Shown here piece by piece: positions 23,001 to 33,700 of a DNA stretch of 37,609 bases. A program made the position numbers and the translations under genes. How positions within the stretch are numbered: position 1 is the stretch's first letter; every line of letters starts with the position of its first letter. The stretch is from Selaginella moellendorffii (lineage: Eukaryota > Plantae > Lycopodiophyta), in the NCBI RefSeq assembly GCF_000143415.4, contig NW_003314389.1, forward strand, positions 1-37,609. Reading direction: 5' to 3'. The notes beneath the pieces are model-generated. The model ran no database searches, had not been told where the DNA came from, and saw only the letters and a list, made by a program, of their open reading frames with translations.

Positions 23001-24748
23001 TGCATCACAAAAAGGCTTTTTAATCCCATATATAAGAAACGACTATGAAAAAACTCACCTTCCTGTGTCACCAAAACCAAGGGATTTGACAGGCCGAAAA
23101 TGGTGGAGTCCGTTTATCACCACTAGTTTGAATCTGCTTTTAAAACAAGCAAGAAAACTGGAGAAGTCATCAGACTAAACATGCACTCATGAATCTTTCT
23201 AATAGCATCCCAAGAGTTTAGATAAACGACTTTAGAGAGTTTAGCCCAAAGGTCGTTGGTTGTCTTGTCTGGACACGAGCAAAAGAAAAAAAAATCTTGA
23301 ACTCCCAAACAACCCTCTGTTACTCGCCCCTGCACAACAAGAACAAGTTAGCCACAGAGATCAAGTGAAACGAGAGATCATTTTAAAACCTAGAGCCATA
23401 TGCACGCTGGGAATCTTGTTGCAAGCCCTTGACGCGACAGGATGAGAGATCCAGGAGCACCAGGCAGTCTCTTCGTTGCTTGATCATATATGAGCTGCCC
23501 AAGCACGTACTCCTTGTTGTACATAATAAGAGGCAGTAAAATATGCACATGTAAAGAAGCACTGAGAATATGCATACATCTGAACCAGGTCTGCAGCTGC
23601 ATCATGTCTTGACAACACTGTCACCTCCAAACCTCACAGCATATCTCTGGCCTAAAGAAATCGTCAACAAGAACAACACAAGAAAGAGAAAACGTACCAT
23701 AAAATTTGCAGTCTCTTGATCTTCCAAAGTCGTATCAAACAATGACATGACCACTGAGTGGGTATATTGTATGGCACACACAACATGGCGAACAGGAGGG
23801 ATTGTACACTTGCATCACAAAAAGGCTTTTTAATCCCATAAATAAGAAACGACTATGAAAACCTTGCCTTCCTGTGTCACCAAAATCAAGAGATTTGACA
23901 GGCTGAAAATGGTGGAGTCAGTTTTGCGCCACTAGTTTGAATCTGCATTTCAAACAAACAAGAAAACTGGAGAAGTTATCAGACTAAACATAGGCTTATG
24001 AACCTTTCTAATAGCATCCCGAGAGTTTAGATAAACGACTTTAGAGTGTTTAGCCCAAAGGCCGTTTGTTGTCTGGACACGAATAAAAGAAACAAAATCT
24101 TGAACTCCCAAACAGCCCTCTGTTACTCGCTCCTGCGCAACAAAAACCAAGTTAGCCTCAGAGATCAAGAGAAATGAGAGATCAGCCATTCGCACGCTGG
24201 GAATCGTGTTGCAAGCCCTTGGCGTGACAGGGTGAGAAATCCGGGAGCATCAGCCAGTGGGGAACTCGTCACAGAGCTGGAGATCGTGTTCATCAGACTG
24301 TCCGCCATTGACCTGTGCATGTGTCGCGAATGGCGTTGAACAGTCAACGATCCAGCCTTTTGCTTCTGCCACCAAAATCAAGAGATTTGACAGGCTGAAA
24401 ATGGTGGAGTCAGTTTCTCACCACTAATTTGAATGCATCCCGAGAGTTTAGATAAACGACTTTAGAGTGTTTAGCCCAAAGGTCGTTGGTTTTCTGGACA
24501 CGAGCAAAAGAAAAAAAATCTTGAACTCCCAAACAGCCCTCTGTTACTCGCTCCTGTGCAACAGAAACCACGTTAGCATCAGAGTTCAAGAGAAATCCGG
24601 GAGAAATCCGTGACAGGGTAAGAAATCCGGGAGCATCAGCCAGTGGGGAAGTTGTCACAGAGCTGGAGATCGTGTTCTTCAGACTGTCCGCCATTGACCT
24701 GTGCGTGTGTTGTGAATGGCGATGAACAATCAACGATCCAGCCTTTTG
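22995..24748. repeat. Three diverged direct repeats of ~0.4-0.55 kb (cores start at ~23070, ~23878, ~24370)
   Basis: CACCAAAA.CAAG.GATTTGACAGGC.GAAAATGGTGGAGTC, GAGTTTAGATAAACGACTTTAGAG and AATCTTGAACTCCCAAACA.CCCTCTGTTACTCG each recur three times. Copies 1-2 share an extra 5' block and copies 2-3 share an extra 3' block. Confidence 0.92.
23480..23720 (-). pseudogene. ATXR3: ATXR3/SDG2 (H3K4 methyltransferase) C-terminal fragment
   Basis: W.RDML*GLEVTVLSRHDAAADLVQMYAYSQCFF and MYNKEYVLGQLIY match the ATXR3 motifs WLRDEVRNLP..RHDAAADLIHIYAYTKCFF and TYGENYCLGQLIFW. It sits between repeat copies 1 and 2. Confidence 0.78.
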
Positions 24749-24785
24749 CAAAGGGTACGCACACTCCCGCCACTGCTTTCACCAC

Positions 24786-24790
<5 letters not shown>

Positions 24791-24862
<72 letters not shown>
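24791..24862. repeat. (AG)36 microsatellite
   Basis: Seen directly; ~230 bp inside the putative 5' end of unit 1. Confidence 0.99.
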
Positions 24863-24867
<5 letters not shown>

Positions 24868-24884
24868 AGCTCACAATCTGCTCG

Positions 24885-25235
24885 ATCGCCCTAAAAGATT
24901 CACTTGATTTGGAGGGTCATCAAATTCAAATTTTAAAAGTTGCCACCCCTTGGAACTTTGATCTATGCCATCTATTTTAAGTTTTTGAATTTGAACCGTT
25001 AGATTATAAGTATATTCAAAAATAATATTCTAAAAATGGAATAAAAGACGCTGGATGCCATATGCCAATAGCACGTTTAAATAAGGGAGTACTAGCAAAA
25101 GTCCCAGCTACGCTGGGAGCATCATGTTTATTCCTGATGTTTTAGTAATTTCAAAGAGTTGTAATTGTAATTGTAATTTTTAACATAATCATTATTATAG
25201 CATACATAATTAAACATAATATAATATTTATATTG
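24885..25235. repeat. ~350-bp junction segment repeated at ~36276-36620
   Basis: Highly similar sequence from ATCGCCCTAAAA through GAACCGTTAGATTATAAG, GGGAGTACTAGCAAAAGTCCCAGCTACGCTGGGAGCAT and ATAATATTTATATT. Confidence 0.95.
25092..25118 (-). mobile_element. Helitron 3' terminus (unit 2)
   Basis: Minus strand TCCCAGC-GTA-GCTGGGA-CTTTTG-CTAG|TACTC. Confidence 0.9.
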
Positions 25236-26124
25236 AAAGTCCCTTTTACATAATTTATGCTTAATATATAAATTATTGTTATATTATAACATGCTATATT
25301 ATAATGTATATATAATTTTTTGTTTTTTAGTATCATGATTTTTATGTATTAAAATATTATAGAATAAGTTATTAATATCTTAAATCATAATTTATAGTAT
25401 AATTTGTGTAACCAGAAGCCCATGCATGCATTGTCATAAAGTGTGGAATACAAATAGATTTCCTACTCTATCTACATGATCAACAAGAAATAGATGTGAC
25501 TCACTCTTATTGTCTAATGCTAGCTTCCAATAGTGCTGGCTGGATGGTGTCACCCTAATAACTTGGATATGAGCATACATCACTTTTTTTTCTCTGTGGC
25601 AAGTTGGCACATTGTGGCAGCATTACATCTTGAATCTCTGTCAGATCCTCATCACTATCAAGCTTCAAAAAAGCTAATCAGCTCACTACCCTGGCCTGAA
25701 TTACCCTAATGTCTGGCTAGATAAAGAAGATATATCTTAGCCCACATATCAATGTAGAGTTCAAATGGCCAGTCCCGCATGTAGAGCTTTTGCATTGGAA
25801 ACAATTTTCCAAAGATATTTGTCATCACAACGTCTGCTTTCCATTGAAAAAAAATGCGAAGGAGAAGAACATGATAATGCATTGAGAGAAAAAATACAAG
25901 AAACAACCTTGTGTTTCTTTCAGTTAGATTCACTGTTTGTTTCAGAGTTCAAGTAAAAAAGGTTTCTCACGAAAAGAATAGCAGATTGTATAATTTATGA
26001 TGTTGAAGTGTTCAGAGTACATCCACACTTTCATACTTTGCATTTATACATTTTTATAAGTAACTAAAATTTATTTTCTTATATAATACCTGCAGTCAAA
26101 AAAGTTATATGTGTATTAATACTA

Positions 26125-26300
26125 AATTATAATAGTGCATTAGCATTTGCATCAATAGGTGCAAACATTGAAGAGGTTGCAGTAGGTGACCCTTATTATT
26201 TTAAAATACATGGACAAGTTTATCATAATATTGGTTTATTCACAGTTATATATTTTAGATACTGCTCAAGTAACAGAAATAAGTATGGTAAATAAGTATT
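26125..26300 (+). pseudogene. Inverted fragment of a Helitron Rep gene
   Basis: NYNSALAFASIGANIEEVAVGDPYYFKIHGQVYHNIG..QLYILDT, homologous to the minus-strand RepHel at ~20350-20555 (NYNSALAFASMGANIDELIGNGPYYFKIHGQVYHSIG..QLYILDT). Confidence 0.9.
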
Positions 26301-27805
26301 GAAATAATAAATCAGTGATATGATTTGTGATTTTTTGAGAACATTTGCTTGTGCTTCATCAGCATTTCACTTGACAAGTTCTTGTCAACTCATCCATGAT
26401 GTTTTGCATTTTATCTAACACTTATTTTGCTTTTACTTTTGATTGTTGCCTACTTGACGGTTTGTTTGCATGGTTGGTTGTGTAGAATTTATTGTCTTTA
26501 TCCATCTTCCTCTTGCCACTTTTTATGCTTAGAAACTTAATACATACATAGGTAAACTTCATGTTTATGTTAAGCATTAGTCCTTAATTCTTACCATCAC
26601 ATCTCACCATTGTGGAGTTATCATTCTCCATCTCTTAAAAAATTTGGAGAGGTATTTTTTGAATCAACCTAACTTCTTTTGAGCCATCCATCAAAACTCT
26701 TATTCAGTTTCTATATAATAGTTGTGCTAACAGTGCATATACACGTGACTTAGATAGAAAATAAAGAGATAGTTTGAATTCAAGTCTCGGCAATAATGAA
26801 GCTCCTACAAAGCACAGAACTCATATGCTCACGCTTCACACACTTAAGCATATCCATCGCCACCTTTTGATCATCTCTCCAAGTCCTCGTGAACTTTACA
26901 GGCACTAAGCAGTCACTAAGAAGTGAATGACATTCTCTTGATGAACCTATCTGCATCTTGTATTAGTTTAGTTCTCTTGAGAAAGTCTCCCACAGTACGT
27001 GCTCGTGTGATAAGTCCACATTATCCACATTCTCATTATCATCAGGGTCATACAAGAGTGGAAGTGCCTGGAAATTTAGAAGCAGAGAAAACATTGTTCA
27101 AGTTATTACTTTCTGATCATTCCCAGAGGAAATAAGTGAAGAGTTAGGCAGCACACTGAGTACAAGAATCACCAAATCTGTGATCCATACGCCACAAATA
27201 GTTGAGAACCGTATGGAACTGTTTGTAGGACTTTCCCAGAGGCTCATTATGCGAAGCCAATGTTGTTGTTGTCCTTGTGTTCTCCACCACATCATGTGAA
27301 GGAAAGACAGAGACAAATAGGGATCATCATAACAATCTCGAGGCTACCCCACCATGTGGAGATGATTCCAGTGGAGTGGTTCCATAAAGCTTCTCGATCT
27401 AGGCCCCAAGAACATGTTATATTGAAATCCCTAGCAATGGCACTACCACAGAGAATGCTACCGTCCCAACTCCATGCTCAAGCCCTGGAAGAATGCGTGA
27501 AGCCCTATCTTCCGGCCTGCTATGAGAGTTCTAAACAGCACGGGAGGGATTTTTTTTGGTGGGTTCCTCTTCGCAGTGAATGGATTCTCTTTAGTGAGTG
27601 TGCAGTTCCATGTGCTGATATCAGTAGCACTAAAGAGGAGGAAAATTCTGTATTGGGACAGCGAGCATAACTGCGAGTGTGCGCTCATATTTACATGATT
27701 CTGAGTCTGCGCAAGCGTGGAATTTAAGTAAGCTTTTGCAAAAGTGACCGTGAGTGATATGGTGTAAGCTTTGTATTGCTTACTTGTTGCTTAGTGCTTC
27801 AACAG

Positions 27806-28015
27806 GAATACCAGAGGAGAAGAGACATCTTGTGACAGGCCAACTCTAGGCTCCATGGTTCATGTGGAGTACACAGCCTGATTATGTAGAGGAGCTGTTG
27901 ATATAAATGTAGAGAAGCAAGGTGACTTTGAGCTTGAACTGAGCAGTGGGCTTGTACTTGGCCTTCTCGACACATATGTTACTGTTATGTGTGTTGGTCA
28001 GAGTGCTCACTTAGA
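27806..28015 (+). pseudogene. Fragment resembling the FKBP/PPIase-like domain of HEN1
   Basis: GEETSCDRPTLGSMVHVEYTA*L....VEKQGDFELELSSGLVLGLLDTYVTVMCVGQSAHL resembles HEN1 PS.GSLV.ISY.V.L..LLE..EFEFEIG.GAV...LE.VV.QMSVGQSA. Preceded by a CAG acceptor. Confidence 0.55.
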
Positions 28016-28549
28016 GCAAAGAGGGAAAGACATTTGCTATTTTTTGTAGCCAGTCAAGGGTAGGAGACACCTTATATATAATGTAGTATTACAACACAAA
28101 TACAATTGAATCTGGCACCACTTCACTTAATTTGTCCTCAGACATGTGATGCTAATAGTAATTGGATTTGTACAGCACCATGTCCTTGTAGAGAAACGCA
28201 TGGTCATCATTACCACTTCTAGAGCTGCTGCTCTGGATCACTGCCACCACGTTGAAGCTCACCTTGCCATTCAGAGATGGCTCCAAAGTGATAGAGCAAA
28301 CCAGGACCTCATCAATCGGGTGATGACGGACCCTGTAAGATCTTCATCCCTGTCCCTCGTGAGATCTTCGTCCCTGTCCCTCGCACTGCCCTTCTCACCT
28401 GGCTGCTACGTACATGTGACTGATCCCAAACTGGTGGAGGATTCTCATGGCCTTGAGATCTTCTCACTGGTGATGCTGCTGCTGCTACTGCTGTGATTCA
28501 GACTCCAAATCTCCTCTCTCTCTCTCCAGCCACTGCTGTCGTTGATCAG

Positions 28550-29105
28550 ATAGCGATATGTAGTGGAGCTTAAATTTTGTATCCTGGATCCACACGAGAA
28601 TGACGTGATAGCAAAGAGCAAGACTTACCTGTAGCATTAAGTCGACTCTACCATTGGGACTTCTAGATAGCCTTTCTGTCACCATACTGCCGTAAAAAGC
28701 TGTGACAAAACCATACCCCAACCGAAGAACTTCCTCTAGCTTTGATAGCAAAACTTACAAAGCACTATGTTTACCTGTATCCCAAGATATTCACTGACTT
28801 TCTCCAAAAGGAATAGATATCAGAGGTTCCACTCTGTAATCAAGACGAAAGGATAAATGTAAACACTGCTAACACAGCAGTATATTGATACCTGTAAGTG
28901 ACAGGATCATATGGGTGAAATATGTTTGTTCATCATTTGCCTGCATGCTGGCTTTTTTTCTTCAATGCCTTCATCTTCCCAGTACTCATGACCTGTTCTT
29001 TTGCAAACACATTCAACTTACGTTGCAAAGACTGTAAATCACATACATACCCATTTCCAAAGCATTCATTGTGGAGACTCAGAAACAGTGACAACTGCAA
29101 AAAAT
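28550..29105 (-). pseudogene. SGR2: SGR2-like DDHD-domain phospholipase A1 C-terminal fragment
   Basis: Exons: FFAV..LFLSLHN..GNG | GHEYWEDEGIEEKKPACRQM..NIFHPYDPVTYR | VEPLI | YGSMVTERLSRSPNGRVDLMLQ | DTKF..YI. There are internal deletions and frameshifts. Confidence 0.88.
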
Positions 29106-29463
29106 GCGAGAAAGAAACTTATCAACAGTGAAGAATCAAGGAGCTCGCTCTCCTTGTTTCGTTCCTAATGCTGCAAAGTGACACGAGAGAGAGTTAGACA
29201 TGAAACCCTCAGATATGAACTGTTATAAGAGAGTATTCCATCATGTCCTTCAAGCCAGTTTTTTTGTGCTTGACTGCCAACATTTCCTCAAGAGAACTTG
29301 TCATAAACTGAAGAGCACCATGTATGGCTGTCCCATATGACTATCCATGTACAGACTACAGGGTTTATAGCGCTGCAAAATAGAAATCCCTCTCAATGCT
29401 TTAAAAACGCAAAACTGAAGAACAAGGAAGCAAACCGTGGACGAAAATTTCTATTTTTTCTCT

Positions 29464-29656
29464 TGGTTCCAGCCTCAAGGTCCTGGAACAAACAGGAACT
29501 TTAAGCCTCGAAAGAGAATAGCGAAGAGCAAGAGAGTGAAAAACCTTGATTCCAGTCGTGGTTCCAGCCTTGAGAACCTGGAACAAACAGGGACTTGAGA
29601 GACCCGAAAGAAGAATAGTGACAAGCAAGAGAGTGAAGAACCTTGATTCTAGTCGT
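29464..29656. repeat. Two tandem ~95-bp imperfect repeats
   Basis: TGGTTCCAGCCT..CCTGGAACAAACAGG.ACTT..CGAAAGA..GCAAGAGAGTGAA.AACCTTGATTC.AGTCGT occurs twice. Confidence 0.9.
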
Positions 29657-30452
29657 CAATGACAATGTGAATCCCCTCATTGTCTGAGACGTCGTCCCTG
29701 TCGTAGCTCCATCCATCATAGCCTCTTCGCCTTTCACTCCCAATCCTCGTCGCATTTCCGAGCAGAGCACGTCGATCTGCCAAATGCACCTGCGCAGGCG
29801 GATGCTGGTGGATTTGTTCCCCGCATAAGTCTGGAAGGCGTCGATCCTGTTCTCACTGATCATCGAGCACAACTATGGCGACACAGAGAAAGCCGTGAGC
29901 CTCTCAAACCTTTGCAAATGGAGAAACAAACACAACCTTGTTGTAATAGGCTGGAGCTTTCAGCCGCTTAGGATAGTTATCCAGTGCTGTTCCCAGGACT
30001 TCTTCCGGAGCTGCCAAAAACGAACGCATTAGAGTTTTTTCTAGTGTCTAAATCGAAGGAACTCACTCAAAGGTGTTGGATAAGGAACAAATGCGGGTTG
30101 CGGCTTTTGGTAGGAGGTTTTTGGTCCCTCGCCAGGCTCGATGCCACCGTTGCTGCGATTAATATCTTGGTCATCCTGGAACATCTCAAGTTAGAATTGC
30201 AGGGACGACAATAGGGGGGTCGAGACTCTTTTACCAGATGATATTCTGCGTTAGTACTTTTTCCATAAGTGCGACTCGTTTCTTCACGAACTGGATAATT
30301 CTCCTGTTGAAGAACGCTTTGGCGTTGGTTAAATGATTGTCATTTTCTGGTGCGTGAGCTTTTGAACTCGAGAATGAACCAACCAGTGGCATCATGGACA
30401 GCTGACTGTAGCCTTCTAAATCGTTCCATCAAACACACACACACACTCACAG

Positions 30453-30456
<4 letters not shown>

Positions 30457-30510
<54 letters not shown>
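30457..30510. repeat. (AG)27 microsatellite, preceded by short (AC)n
   Basis: Seen directly; ~200 bp inside the putative 5' end of unit 2. Confidence 0.99.
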
Positions 30511-30513
<3 letters not shown>

Positions 30514-30707
30514 CTTCCCACAAGCGATGATCGATGCTCTCTCCTTGTGGTCACGCACCCTAAAAGACAATTGAAAATTTTTATGATCTCAAAAGTCACG
30601 ACTTTACATTGTCTAATCTCAGTCGTTAGATTTTGGCATATGCCCAGAATAAGTGTCCCCAGTATATGCTATTATTATACGGGCTCTTTTGTTTAAATAT
30701 ATGAGTA

Positions 30708-33700
30708 CTAGCAGAGACCCCAGCTCCACTGGGAGATATAGCATACCCAAGATCTTCTTTTCTAATTTTACAATGTTAAAAATTTTGATTATATACAAGT
30801 TCAAATGATATTATATCAATTGTTATAAGATATAATTTCTTTCTCTTGATATCAATTGTTTAAATGCAAAAGACTGGCATTCTGGCCATGCACAGCTCTA
30901 CATGACTCAATGCCATACAACTCCATACCATTGGGATGCCTTTGAAGGAAGACATCACTCGAGCTCTTCAGTCAACTTTACTCCTGGTTTCAACAAGACA
31001 CAGGTGGCCTTGCATCCACAAACAATGAGCTCCTCCTGTACAAGTGCCTCTTTATGGGGCAAAACCATCACAAAAAATGAATAAAAGCATTTCAACCCTT
31101 TTACCATGTGTTTTAATCTAGGCAGTCATTTGAAAGTGATCAAATAGTAACTGCCCAAGTCCTCCAAGTGAGAATGGAATTGAGAGATAACATATAATAA
31201 GTAAAGAAAAGATTCTTAATCAGCAAATCAGCAAACATGACAACAGATGATGTACCTGCTGACAAATCTTGCAGATGGTGTCCTCTTTTTTGTTGCACCA
31301 GTGCTACACATGCGTTTGATGAGCACACTACCAAACACAAAAGAGAGAAAAAAAATGAGGAAGAGCCAGAAAATTGCTTAGAACTCTCAGACCACATATT
31401 ATAGAAAATTATAAGATTATTAAGATCTAGAAAATTTCAGTTCAATCATAAAATTAAAATTAAATTATTAAACACAGCAACTATCTAAAGGAGAACATGA
31501 TTATCAACAAACATAGATTATAAGACATATTAATATATTTTATAAACATAGATCTAGCACTTAAATAATAATATTGTTATATTTTTTTATGGTACTATAA
31601 TTAATAGAGTATAATAACATTATCACTGCTAGATTATATATATTAATCTATATATGTGGTCTTAGAACTCTCAGACTAAGTATTTCAGTCTTCAAGATTA
31701 GCATTTTCTACAACATCCATCTTACATTATGTAAATATCATATAATAGTGTATTACAGAGTTCAGTAGTTATAANNNNNNNNNNNNNNNNNNNNNNNNNN
31801 NNNNNNNNNNNNNNNNNNNNNNNNNNNNNNNNNNNNNNNNNNNNNNNNNNNNNNNNNNNNNNNNNNNNNNNNNNNNNNNNNNNNNNNNNNNNNNNNNNNN
31901 NNNNNNNNNNNNNNNNNNNNNNNNNNNNNNNNNNNNNNNNNNNNNNNNNNNNNNNNNNNNNNNNNNNNNNNNNAAAATCATTTTTTATTGTCATTAAATT
32001 TGAATTTGATGTTTTTATTGTCTTTATTTAAAAATGCACAACCCTAAATACATCTACAGGATTGCTGTCATGCTTTAAAAGCAATTAAATTTTCACAAAA
32101 CCAAAGAATCATAGACTACCAAAAAATAATAGATTAGTTTAGAGAAATTATAATGTTAATTGCATACTGAGTTAAATTCTTTTTATGTGAACTATAATGA
32201 TGCCTCTAACATTCACACTTTACTAAATAAAAATAGAATTTCTATTATATATCTGGTTTAACATTTTAAAACATACATAAATAAATCTATCTAGCTTGCT
32301 ACCACGTTTTGTTTTATTTGAGAAAACTCTGGAATTTCAACATTTTGGGAGGTCATCCTACTCTAACCCTAAGATATTAAACCCCCCGAGTATCCTAATA
32401 CCCTTAACCAATTGGAATAAAATGTGCACTTTTATTTAAAAATCCTTTCCCTTTATATTTAATTTTCTATATATCATCTTTCAAATTATTCTTTTTTGTT
32501 GCATATAATCCACCATACTTCTTTTGTAAGTTTACACCCTCATGAATGAAAGCTTATAACCATCACTCTCCTAAGACCCGTGCTCTCTTGCCATAGCAAG
32601 GATCCCAGCTCTGCTGGGAATGTATCTTGGTTGGTGAACTTACTATTTTAAATGCATACAAGGTTAATTTGTCAAGAATTTACTACCATCCATATTCATT
32701 GTATCGTGCATTTGTTATATCATTATGATTTATTAGTTGGTGGAACTGAAGATGGTTTGGAATATTTATCATCTGGATGTCATGCCATAAGAGATAGCAA
32801 TGAGTAGTTTATTTCAATGATAGACAATTATTAGTTTGTCTATACATTTTATATATTTCATAAAGCAGTTTTAAGTCATTTTAAGACTGTAGTGTGGAGT
32901 CAATTAAATATAAGTATGTAGCATCAAGTGTTTTTAATTTTCATTTTGCTGTTAATTGTGTCAAAGTTTTTGCTTTAGTTGTGCATGTATAAAGGACCTA
33001 AGGTTGTATTTCTTGTTTACCTTTCTCCTTATATACTAAGAGGTTTATGTTCTTATATGATAGATAAACAACCTTTTGGGCTCCTCTGTGCTGTTGTAGA
33101 AATAATACTTACAATGACAAATCACGAAAGATAAGGAAACATAAAATAAAATATCATCAAAGATAGAAAAACTATTTCAAGAAAATTTTACATAAGAGAA
33201 ACCTTATAGATCTTCTTAAACTAATATTCTCTTTTGTCTTCATCCAAAGATAATAATTGCATTATAAAATGTTTGTATTAAGACAAACATGCAATAATGC
33301 TTCATGATAAATCTATGCATTCATGTCTATTATATGACATGGCATTTAATATGGTATAAGATATCTCATACATATACAAATATCAAATCCATATCTTAAT
33401 AATATCTCAAAAATTACCAAAGTCTTTTATATTTTTAATCAGTCTTGCTCATAATCTTACTTAAATCTACCAGCATCTTTACATGGGTTTTATCTAGTCT
33501 CAATATTGACCAAATGATTTATTTCTATAGTTAAAACATATGGTTTACATAAGTCTTTTGATCTTGCTCTAGATTTCTTCTACATTTGTATTATCTCAAT
33601 CCCTATCAAAACATAAGGAAAATATCATAATAATAACATACATAGTTAAACATAATATAATCTTTATATTAAAAATCCCTTCTACAATTCACTCTATCAC

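Larger units (their letters stand above)
134..25091 (-). mobile_element. Large (~25 kb), possibly composite, non-autonomous Helitron unit 1 with Rep/helicase remnant, RPA genes, MORC and other cargo
   Basis: 3' end at 134. RepHel, RPA70, the RPA-like gene and MORC are all on the minus strand pointing to it. The upstream boundary is taken at the CTAG|TACTC junction at 25091/25092. Four N-gaps lie inside. Confidence 0.7.
25092..30707 (-). mobile_element. Non-autonomous Helitron unit 2 (~5.6 kb) with gene fragments
   Basis: Bounded by the 3' end at 25092 and the CTAG|TACTC junction at 30707/30708. Same 5' architecture as unit 1 (TTTAAA, CGTTAGATT, CCCTAAAA, (AG)n). No gaps inside. Confidence 0.75.

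Noticed and set aside
22995-24748. Repeat array as CRISPR or LTR pair
   Set aside because: The units are hundreds of bp in a eukaryotic context, with no spacers, TG..CA ends, PBS or PPT.
24643-24907. ORFs with ERERER or SLSLSL runs (also 30340-30574)
   Set aside because: Translations of (AG)n microsatellites.
25084-25091. TA-CTCCCT resembling a Stowaway MITE terminus
   Set aside because: No matching inverted partner, and the 30707 junction reads TACTCATA.
26330-26920. Possible hAT transposase remnant on the minus strand
   Set aside because: Only vague similarity; no diagnostic motif or TIRs.
29230-29340. AIHGALQF segment resembling a mitochondrial carrier
   Set aside because: Too short to support a call.
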